Positions 34,131 to 41,307 of a stretch of DNA of 41,307 bases are shown piece by piece (the first letter of the stretch is position 1; each line of letters opens with the position of its first letter). The stretch comes from a virus. Lineage: Duplodnaviria; Caudoviricetes. The translations under genes were made by a program, and so were the position numbers. The DNA lies in IMG/VR virus record IMGVR_UViG_3300010366_000007, positions 1-41,307 of that record. One strand, 5' to 3'. The notes beneath the pieces were generated by a model. The model was not told where the DNA came from. It did no database searches and saw only the letters and a list, made by a program, of their open reading frames with translations.

Positions 34131-35141
34131 ACGCCCTATAATTCAGTTGCGGGCCGTGTCACCCCAGGCACGTCGCCGCTTATCCCCGAGGACGTCCAGA
34201 AGGAGATCGTCCAGTCCATCGTCGTCAAGAGTGCGGCCATGCAGCTGATGCCGCACGTGAACATGCGCCGCGCGCAGCAGCGCATCCCGGTCAACACCAC
34301 GCTGCCCACCGCCTACTGGCTCACTGGCGCCTCACTCGACGCCCGCGACCGGGGCATGAAGCAAACAACGTCAATGGCTTGGGACAACGTGTACTTAAAC
34401 GCAGAGGAGATCGCGGTGGTGCTGCCCATCGCCCAGGCCCTGCTCGATGACCTGGACTATGACTTCTGGACCCAGGTCAAGCCCAAGGTCACCGAGGCCT
34501 TCGGTCTCGCGTTGGACGACGCGATCTTCTTCGGCACCAACGCCCCGGCCAGCTTCCCCACGGCCATCGTCACCGCTGCCAACGCGGCAGGCAACCTCGT
34601 TGTCGCGGGCGCCTCGACGGTTGACTTCCTCGATGACGTCAACAACGCCATGGCCACCGTGGAAGCGGACGGTTTCGACGTCACCGGCTTCTGGGCCCGC
34701 CGCCAGGTCAAGGCCAAGCTGCGCGGCATGCGCGACACCACCAAGGGCTTCCTCATGTACGGCGACGACGTGGGGCCGCAAGACTCCGCCAACACTGGCA
34801 TGCTCTTCGGTGAGCCGATCATCTTCTCCAACGCGGGCTTTTCGAGCTTCGCCACGGGCGCGGCTGGCTACAGCATGATCGGCGGTCAGTGGGATCAGTC
34901 GATGCTCGCCATCCGCGAAGACATCTCGATGGACCTCTTTGACACTGGCGTGATCACCGATGCGGGCTCGCCGCCCGTGATCCAATTTAACTTGATGCAG
35001 CAGGACATGGTCGCCTTGCGGGTGATTGCCAGATTTGCCTGGGCGATTCCCAACCCGGTCAACCGCCAACAGCCCACGGCAGCCAGCAGATACCCCTTCT
35101 TTGTCGTCCAGCAGAAGGCAGCTACCGGCGGCGAGGGCTAA
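34131..35141 (+). CDS. HK97-fold major capsid protein; probable ACG start at 34131 (first ATG at 34239)
   Basis: Frame open from 34119; PYNS...PLIPEDVQKEIVQ N-terminus; AEEIAVVLPI..ALLDD, LDDAIFFGT, NLMQQDMVALRV capsid motifs. Confidence 0.88.
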   Translation, partial: TPYNSVAGRVTPGTSPLIPEDVQKEIVQSIVVKSAAMQLMPHVNMRRAQQRIPVNTTLPTAYWLTGASLDARDRGMKQTTSMAWDNVYLNAEEIAVVLPIAQALLDDLDYDFWTQVKPKVTEAFGLALDDAIFFGTNAPASFPTAIVTAANAAGNLVVAGASTVDFLDDVNNAMATVEADGFDVTGFWARRQVKAKLRGMRDTTKGFLMYGDDVGPQDSANTGMLFGEPIIFSNAGFSSFATGAAGYSMIGGQWDQSMLAIREDISMDLFDTGVITDAGSPPVIQFNLMQQDMVALRVIARFAWAIPNPVNRQQPTAASRYPFFVVQQKAATGGEG

Positions 35142-35146
35142 CCCTG

Positions 35147-35326
35147 ATGCCAGGGGGGCGCCCCTATAAGAAGCCCGTCAGCCGAGCGCAGGCCAGATTC
35201 TTCGGAGCCGCAGCTGGGGGTGGCGTCCCCGGCTTCGACCCCAAGGAGGCCCAGCAGAAGCTGAAGGGTGTCAAGGAGAGCAAGCTGCCCGCGCGCAAGT
35301 CGAAAGGAGGCAAGAAGAATGCCTGA
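35147..35326 (+). CDS. 59-aa basic protein, DUF3008-like (not in ORF track)
   Basis: MPGGRPYKKPVSRAQARFFGAAAGGGVPGFDPKEAQQKLKGVKESKLPARKSKGGKKNA*. Confidence 0.65.
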   Translation: MPGGRPYKKPVSRAQARFFGAAAGGGVPGFDPKEAQQKLKGVKESKLPARKSKGGKKNA

Positions 35327-35609
35327 AGTACGCGCGCTGGTTCCGCTGGATTACGAGGACAAGCACCTGGAAATCAACGACGTGCTCGACGTCAGCGTGG
35401 AGCAGGCCACCGAGTGGCGGGCAATGGGCAAGGTTACGCTGCTGACTACCGAGCAGACGCTGGCAGCAGCTGCCGCCGAGGGCCACTACTCGGATGTAGT
35501 CGGCCGCGAGGAAGTCGGCCAGGTGCAGCCCACGGCCACGCCCCCTGGTCCCCAGGCTGAGGACGACGAGGACGAGGACCAGCCCAAGACCAGGGCGAGG
35601 AGGCGCTGA
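35319..35609 (+). CDS. Small head-associated hypothetical protein
   Basis: AAAGGAGG SD, ATG at 35319 MPEVRALVPL... Confidence 0.7.
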   Translation: MPEVRALVPLDYEDKHLEINDVLDVSVEQATEWRAMGKVTLLTTEQTLAAAAAEGHYSDVVGREEVGQVQPTATPPGPQAEDDEDEDQPKTRARRR

Positions 35610-35830
35610 TGTCGCGAGTCCGTTTTCTGGCTGTTGCGTACGACCCGCGTCCAGGGCACGAGGGTGTGGTCTATGGCCCCAATCACGAGACTGACTTTGA
35701 CGAGACCGACTACGAGTACGTGCTCCAGCTGCGCATGCGTGGCTACGCGGAGATCACCGACCCGACTGGCTTGCCGGCGGGCGTCACCGAAGAGACGGCG
35801 CGCGAGCCGTTTGTCGCGCCAGCGGCATGA
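35609..35830 (+). CDS. Small virion hypothetical protein
   Basis: 73 aa, TGATG coupled. Confidence 0.65.
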   Translation: MSRVRFLAVAYDPRPGHEGVVYGPNHETDFDETDYEYVLQLRMRGYAEITDPTGLPAGVTEETAREPFVAPAA

Positions 35831-36243
35831 CCAACGTCATCTTTATGGCCGGTCCCGTCCAGGATTCGGTCACGCCCACCACGTTCTACGGTAAGGACCA
35901 CCAGGCCAACCTCACCGACGAAGCGTTCGTCCAGCAGCTGATCCTCACCGGCAAGGCGGTGCCGCTGGGGGCGCGCATCCGGGGCATCTACGTCGCGCCG
36001 ATTGCCACTACCACGGCCACGGTCAACTGGATCGTGGACCAGGCGTGCACCGCAATGGTGGTGAACTACGGCACGACCACGGCCTACGGTTCCAACCAGA
36101 ACGCGACGCCAGCTGCGGGCAGCGGTGCGATTGTGGCCAATCTCACCGCACTGACCACGGGCACGCTGTACCACTACCGCATCTCGGTCACGGTTGGTAG
36201 CTACGTGACCATGACCCAGGACCTGACCTTCCGCACGTCATGA
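35827..36243 (+). CDS. Fibronectin type III domain protein (decoration-like)
   Basis: TTATVNW...VNYGTTTAYG...LTALTTGTLYHYRISVT FN3 pattern. Confidence 0.75.
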   Translation: MTNVIFMAGPVQDSVTPTTFYGKDHQANLTDEAFVQQLILTGKAVPLGARIRGIYVAPIATTTATVNWIVDQACTAMVVNYGTTTAYGSNQNATPAAGSGAIVANLTALTTGTLYHYRISVTVGSYVTMTQDLTFRTS

Positions 36244-37148
36244 GCATCACGCTGGAGAAGCTGGAGCAGGAGGTTGCCCAGCGCGTGGGTCCGTATTGGC
36301 GCTTCTTCACAGACCGCCAGGTGCCCAACACCGCGCAGTTCACCTTCGCCAACTTCCCCGAGTTGCGCACGCAGATCGACTCGGACCTACCCACCAACCT
36401 GTGGATGCTGCGGCGCGGTGAGACGGTCGACGGCACGCCCGTCAGCATGGACGTGGTCGACAAGCAGCGCACGGTCGACGTGTACGACCCCGAGCAGGGG
36501 CGGGTGTTCCCCGACCGCCCCTGGGGCGTACCGCCGTCACCAGGCGAGTGGATCGAGTTCCACCACCTGAATCCTGACCAGCAGCTGCTGCCAGCGGTAC
36601 GGGCCGGCCTGGCGCGGTGTTTTCTCCCAGACACCGTCCAGGCCCAACCCACGGCTCCGTACGGGGGCATCGACCTGACCGTCCAATTCCCCTGGCTGAC
36701 CGATCCCTGGCAGGTCGCGCGGGTGCGCTACGGCTGGATTGGTCCCTACCAGGACGCGCCCTTCGACACGTACACGCGCCAGGGTCACCTGATCCTGAGC
36801 GGCACCCACGGCATGGCCCTGCCGATGGCGGTCTGGGTCGACACCTGGCGACCGGCCTGGTCGCTGGTCAACGGCGTCGACTCCGATGGCCCGACCGAGG
36901 ACGACGACGTGCTTGAGGTTCCCCTCAGCTACGCGGCGGCAGCCGCGCACATTGAGGCCTGGCACCTGTTCCCAGACTGGATGCAGGAGGCAGCTGCCGG
37001 CAACCTCCAGCCTACGCGCGACCAGGCCGCGCAGGAGTTCTCGCGGCTGGCCCAGATCTACGGTCCGACGCGCCCGCGCGAGATCGGCTTCAACACCGTG
37101 GTACGTGTCGGCGTGGCAGGCGGCGGCTGGGTGAATAGCCCGTGGTGA
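36240..37148 (+). CDS. Putative head-tail adaptor
   Basis: [17 protein letters not shown] start, 302 aa, position between head and tail genes. Confidence 0.55.
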   Translation: MSITLEKLEQEVAQRVGPYWRFFTDRQVPNTAQFTFANFPELRTQIDSDLPTNLWMLRRGETVDGTPVSMDVVDKQRTVDVYDPEQGRVFPDRPWGVPPSPGEWIEFHHLNPDQQLLPAVRAGLARCFLPDTVQAQPTAPYGGIDLTVQFPWLTDPWQVARVRYGWIGPYQDAPFDTYTRQGHLILSGTHGMALPMAVWVDTWRPAWSLVNGVDSDGPTEDDDVLEVPLSYAAAAAHIEAWHLFPDWMQEAAAGNLQPTRDQAAQEFSRLAQIYGPTRPREIGFNTVVRVGVAGGGWVNSPW

Positions 37149-37417
37149 CGCGCGCCGAGCCCGTGGTCAATCGCAACCTGCTGGCTGGCACGCCCGGTCC
37201 GACCAGCTGGAACCAGGGACCACCGGGTCCTCCAGGTCCACAAGGTTTACCAGGTCCCCAGGGCATTCCTGGACCTGTTGGGCAGCAAGGAAGTCCGGGG
37301 CTACGAGGGAGCATGTGGTGGCAAGCGCAAGGTCCGCCGAGCGGGTCGCTTGCGGATGCGCTTCCACAAGACCTTTATCTCGATACGTTGACGGGAAACG
37401 TGTATGTCTTCAGCTGA
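37142..37417 (+). CDS. Short collagen-like protein
   Basis: Gly-X-Y run then GSMWW...[15 protein letters not shown]. Confidence 0.7.
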   Translation: MVTRAEPVVNRNLLAGTPGPTSWNQGPPGPPGPQGLPGPQGIPGPVGQQGSPGLRGSMWWQAQGPPSGSLADALPQDLYLDTLTGNVYVFS

Positions 37418-37625
37418 TAACAACAGCCGAGGCGAGCAATTCACGTACCCGTTGCGCTTGTTCAGTTGTGACGGCCCAGCGACGTATCACGCCAGTCTTG
37501 CTAGCGATTGGAAGACGTGTTGGGCGAAAGCCTGCCGCCGTCCAAATACTCCAGCGATCAGGATGATCCGCAGACATAGTCAGTTCTTCGGCCAAATCCC
37601 TCAACAAGACCCATTCACTGGTCAT
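37410..37625 (-). CDS. 71-aa antisense gene, possible HTH DNA-binding protein
   Basis: TTAGGAGGG SD 6 nt before ATG at 37625; [18 protein letters not shown]...; lower GC. Confidence 0.65.
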   Translation of the reverse strand: MTSEWVLLRDLAEELTMSADHPDRWSIWTAAGFRPTRLPIASKTGVIRRWAVTTEQAQRVRELLASAVVIS

Positions 37626-37640
37626 AGGAAGCCCTCCTAA

Positions 37641-38258
37641 ATGCCGTGGACTCAGATCAGCAACATCAAAGGTACGCCGGGAGCAACCGGTACTCAAGGG
37701 CCAAAGGGAGATCCGGGCGCTGCTGGTCTTCAGGGGCCACAGGGTAATCCGGGCGCGCCGGGTCCGCAGGGATTACCGGGTCCGCAGGGCGCACAGGGTG
37801 CCCAGGGGGCTACAGGTCCGCAGGGGGCTGCGGGGGCAACAGGCTCTCCGGGAGCGACAGGTGCTACTGGTAGTACGGGACCGCAAGGCATTCCTGGGTC
37901 AAAGTGGTACACAGGGAGTGGTGCTCCGCTCGGCGCCACCGGTCTTGTCGGTGACTGGTATCTTGACTCAGTTGTGGGCGACTACTACGAGAAGACCGGC
38001 CCGAGTGTCTGGACGTTGCGTGGGAACCTGCGCGGGGTGCAGGGCCCCCAGGGTGCCGCAGGCCCACAGGGTGCGCAGGGACCAACTGGCGCTGCTGGAG
38101 TTCAGGGACCCCAAGGCCCACAGGGTCCAGCCTGGACGCCAACCAAGTTCACCCTCACCGGCCGCAAGCACGCCATCCGCAGCCTGCCCTATGTGCTGGA
38201 CCAGCTGATCACGGGTCTGGCAAATCAGGGCTTCCTGACCGACAACACCACCACCTGA
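37641..38258 (+). CDS. Collagen-like fibre protein
   Basis: Long Gly-X-Y repeats interrupted by GSKWYTGSGAP..GDWYLD..GDYYEK..WTLRGNLRG. Confidence 0.85.
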   Translation: MPWTQISNIKGTPGATGTQGPKGDPGAAGLQGPQGNPGAPGPQGLPGPQGAQGAQGATGPQGAAGATGSPGATGATGSTGPQGIPGSKWYTGSGAPLGATGLVGDWYLDSVVGDYYEKTGPSVWTLRGNLRGVQGPQGAAGPQGAQGPTGAAGVQGPQGPQGPAWTPTKFTLTGRKHAIRSLPYVLDQLITGLANQGFLTDNTTT

Positions 38259-40390
38259 TGCCGACCAGTAGTAGCCGCAGACGTCCGTATCCCTGGGATA
38301 TGCGACTGTCGCTCCAGCAGACGCCGCAGGTCATTACGAACATCGGCACGTCCAGGGGTCACACCATCGGCTCACTGCGCCCAACGAATATTGGCAACCT
38401 GCGCTCGGTCAAGATCGCCAACATCTTCCGCAACGGGCTGATGCTGGTGGCCAGCGATACCACCGGCCTGCTGGTCGGCAAGAAGCAGCACAACCTCGGA
38501 GAAAACCTGCCGCCCCAGGCCGCGTACGACTCGGCGCCCATCTATCGCGAGCACACGTTCGAGTTCCGTCCCACCGGCGGCTTCGGCGAGAGCGTGCAGT
38601 CCAGCCGGACGGACCACCGCTACCACTTCGCGATCAACTGCTGGGTGACCGGCGGCCTGTTCGGTCTCGGTCCGGCCAGCCACAAGATCATGCCCACCAC
38701 TAGCGGCTCGATCCGCATGTTTGCTGAGGCGCTGAACGGTGGCGCGCTGGCACTGTTCATCCTGGCGGGTGCCAACGTGCTGCGCCGCGCCGATGACACT
38801 CCTGCCGGCCAGGTGGTGAGTCGCACGCGAGCGGGCCACATCGCGACTGACGCGGTGCGCTTTACGGGCGCCTACAGCGGCGCGGTGGACGCGCTGTACG
38901 TGGCCTGGGACGACGGTGTGCTGGAAGAGTTCAACGGCAGCGTCTGGACTCCCTGCGCGCTACCAGCTGGCTTCCTGCCCAACTTCCTGTGCCGCCTCGG
39001 GGACGAACTGTGGGCGGCGGATGGCAACGCCTGCATGCTGCGCAAGGTGACCAACGATCCCAAGGTAGCCGGCAGCTGGTCGGGGCCGATCCTGGTCGGC
39101 ACGCCCAGCATCAAGATCACTGCGCTACGCCAGACGACCAATCGCCTGGTGATCTTCAAGGCCGATGGTGATGTGTTCACCATCAACGGGGACGGCAGCG
39201 ACAACGATATGTACCCCGGCCTGGAGAACACGGTCGATCCCACCAATGGCCGCACGGCAGCTGCCTGGCAGGGCAGCCTGTGGTTCCGGGCGGGGCGCGC
39301 GTTCTGGAAGCTGGACGTCCAGGGCGGCATGGTGCTCAGCCCCGAGGGACCAGGGCGCCAGCTGCAAAACCTCAGCGAGGTGCGCGGGCCGGTGCAGGCC
39401 TTCGCGGGTTGGAATAGCCAGATGGCCTTCGGGGCGATCTACAACGAGGGCAACGGCAACAGCTACCTGCTGACGTACGGCAACTGGATCCCCGCCCAGG
39501 GCGAGCAGGGCACCCAGTTCGCGTTCAGCAACCAGTGGGACGGGGCGCTGGTCAGATACACGGGGCGACGTGTCACCGCTCTGTGGGTCTCCAGCGTTCC
39601 TACTGACGCGCGGCTGTACGTTGGCTTCGAGGATGGCAGCTACGACTGGATCAAGCTGGTCTCCTTCCCGCTCGTGCCGGGCAATGGGGCCGAATACACC
39701 AGTGACGCCAGCTACATCGTCATGCCGCTGCATACGGATATGTTCCAGGCCGACACCAAGCAGACCCTCGGCTGGTCCGTGTTCGGTCCGTACTTCCCGA
39801 CCAGCGCGCGGGTGACGATCAGCTACCGCCAGCGCGGGGGCTGGGCCGGGCCGTCCGTGGCCGATCCCTCGGGCGACTTCATCAGCCTGCCTAACCCGTT
39901 CACCTACAACGGCCAGCGCCAGGACGCGCCGAGCCCCATCGCGGGCGTGGCGCTGGAGTGCATGATCGGTCTCCAGGGCACGCCCACCGACTCGCCCATC
40001 CTGGAAGGCGTCGGGCTCCACGAGCGGCTGGTGCCCGCCTTCCGCCGCGACTTCACCTTCACCGTGGACTGCCGCGACATGATCAGCCGCCGAGACGGCG
40101 CGGTGGTGCGCAAGCCTGGGCGGTTCTATCGCGACCTGCTCATCCAGGCAGCTGCCGCGCCGGCGACCACCGCACTGGAGTTCCCGGACGAGACGATCTC
40201 TGACGTGGCCATCTTCGACTACACCGAGCGCATGGTCTCTCACACCGTGCGCGGCGGTCAGGGCTGGGCCGTCGACGTCCAGGCCACACAGTTCGGCCTG
40301 ATTGGCATTTACGGGACCATCGGCCGCACGCGCGGCACCAACATCGGCTCCACACGCGGGTTCGCCATCAGCGACATGCGGCATTTCTAG
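38258..40390 (+). CDS. Putative tail nozzle/tubular protein (beta-rich)
   Basis: 710 aa with beta-propeller-like strands (LYVAWDDG, LWAADG, LWFRAG, LYVGFEDG); podovirus-like position. Confidence 0.55.
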   Translation: MPTSSSRRRPYPWDMRLSLQQTPQVITNIGTSRGHTIGSLRPTNIGNLRSVKIANIFRNGLMLVASDTTGLLVGKKQHNLGENLPPQAAYDSAPIYREHTFEFRPTGGFGESVQSSRTDHRYHFAINCWVTGGLFGLGPASHKIMPTTSGSIRMFAEALNGGALALFILAGANVLRRADDTPAGQVVSRTRAGHIATDAVRFTGAYSGAVDALYVAWDDGVLEEFNGSVWTPCALPAGFLPNFLCRLGDELWAADGNACMLRKVTNDPKVAGSWSGPILVGTPSIKITALRQTTNRLVIFKADGDVFTINGDGSDNDMYPGLENTVDPTNGRTAAAWQGSLWFRAGRAFWKLDVQGGMVLSPEGPGRQLQNLSEVRGPVQAFAGWNSQMAFGAIYNEGNGNSYLLTYGNWIPAQGEQGTQFAFSNQWDGALVRYTGRRVTALWVSSVPTDARLYVGFEDGSYDWIKLVSFPLVPGNGAEYTSDASYIVMPLHTDMFQADTKQTLGWSVFGPYFPTSARVTISYRQRGGWAGPSVADPSGDFISLPNPFTYNGQRQDAPSPIAGVALECMIGLQGTPTDSPILEGVGLHERLVPAFRRDFTFTVDCRDMISRRDGAVVRKPGRFYRDLLIQAAAAPATTALEFPDETISDVAIFDYTERMVSHTVRGGQGWAVDVQATQFGLIGIYGTIGRTRGTNIGSTRGFAISDMRHF

Positions 40391-40398
40391 GAGGTGCC

Positions 40399-41307
40399 AT
40401 GAGCGGTAGTACGACAGAACTGAACCTGAGCACGGCGGTCGACGCGGACGACAACGCCGACTACTTGACGATCAATCTGGCCAACAGCCTGCGCACGCTG
40501 GACGGGCTCTTCAACAACGTCACCGGGCACACCCACGGCGGGGCGCACCAGGGCGGCCCGGTCTCGCCAGCAGCGGGCAGCATCCCGGGTACGGCGATTA
40601 CGGACGGCACCGTCACCAACGCCAAACTTGCGAGCGACGTCGGGCGGGCCTCGTTACTAACGAACGGGGGCTTCGAGATCTGGCAGCGCGGCAATGGACC
40701 GTTCACGGGAGCCGTTGCAGGAGCCTGGACGGCTGACCGTTGGAATGCCGTAACCGTTGGCACTGATGCGCTTTCAGTCAGTCGCGATACGACGAATGTC
40801 GATAATAGCCTGGCATGCGCGGCTTGCACATTCACGCTCGGGACCGGTGGCGGCAATACCAGCCTGGTCCAGGCGTTTGCGCGAGCAGGGGAGGGACTGG
40901 AGCAACTCAAGAATAAGACTGTCAGTGTGTCGGTTCGGGTGCGGACCTCGACGGCAAACGCTGTCAAAGTGGTGCTGTTTGGTACTGGCGGGTCGTCGCA
41001 AAGTAGCACGAACCATAGCGGCAGCGGCACGTATGAAACATTGACTGCAACCCTGGCAGTTGGCGCCTCAGCGACGGACGTTCGCGTGGGAATCTATTTC
41101 GCGGCATCCTGTACCGCCTACGTCGACAACGCCAATCTGGTGGTCGGCTCGCAGCCAGCCGATTACGTGCCGCTGCACCCGGCGGACGACCTCGCGCGGT
41201 GCCTGCGGTATTACGAGTTGATCGGTGAGGGTGTTGGATCTGGATGGGTCATGGGCGGCACCGTCGCCACGGCCGCGAGCCAAGCAATCTGGCTGACCGT
41301 CCCTTAC
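40399..41307 (+). CDS. Tail fibre/receptor-binding protein, N-terminal part (continues at 1-315)
   Basis: AGGAGGT SD, ATG at 40399; GHTHGG, LLTNGGFEIWQRG..ADRW carbohydrate-binding-like domain, DLARCLRYY; no stop before the window end. Confidence 0.8.
   Translation, partial: MSGSTTELNLSTAVDADDNADYLTINLANSLRTLDGLFNNVTGHTHGGAHQGGPVSPAAGSIPGTAITDGTVTNAKLASDVGRASLLTNGGFEIWQRGNGPFTGAVAGAWTADRWNAVTVGTDALSVSRDTTNVDNSLACAACTFTLGTGGGNTSLVQAFARAGEGLEQLKNKTVSVSVRVRTSTANAVKVVLFGTGGSSQSSTNHSGSGTYETLTATLAVGASATDVRVGIYFAASCTAYVDNANLVVGSQPADYVPLHPADDLARCLRYYELIGEGVGSGWVMGGTVATAASQAIWLTVPY
41185..41307. repeat. Terminal direct repeat, right copy
   Basis: Identical to 1-123. Confidence 0.95.

Noticed and set aside
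40399-41307. Diversity-generating retroelement targeting the fibre
   Set aside because: No reverse transcriptase and no adenine-variant template repeat; the only duplicate is the exact terminal overlap
1-41307. Genome-wide stop-codon reassignment
   Set aside because: Conserved genes are intact in code 11, and TAG, TGA and TAA all end genes at sensible positions

Overview
This window is a complete, circularly assembled temperate phage genome of about 41,184 bp with high GC; bases 1-123 are repeated exactly at 41185-41307. Modules in order: tail fibre (spanning the junction), lysis (C39-like peptidase and a holin-like protein), a likely attP with arm-type repeats, and a leftward accessory operon (HNH, ParB-like) behind a tyrosine integrase. 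Then come the repressor/Xis switch, a recombination-replication operon (Rpf-like lipoprotein, RecT-like protein, VRR-NUC, primase-helicase, iteron-like origin), a leftward self-regulated cassette of small genes, and TerS/TerL and portal. These are followed by three large probable ejection proteins (one with SLT, M23 and LPD38-like domains), scaffold, an antisense NUMOD4-HNH, an HK97-type capsid, head accessory proteins, adaptor, collagen-like proteins and a nozzle-like protein. No tape-measure, tail-tube or sheath gene is recognisable, so podovirus-like morphology is inferred. The host is probably a high-GC monoderm (Chloroflexota or Actinomycetota; inference only). The most striking signals are translational. 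First, the lysin appears to be assembled by a +1 frameshift at CCC-UUU-CGG-UGA. Second, the major capsid gene appears to start at ACG behind a strong SD. Third, the HNH gene sits between two copies of TAGGAGGGT, and removing it leaves scaffold and capsid in frame across one TAG. Fourth, a collagen-like fibre gene looks split mid-motif by a small antisense gene. All family calls come from motif recognition by eye; no database searches were run.
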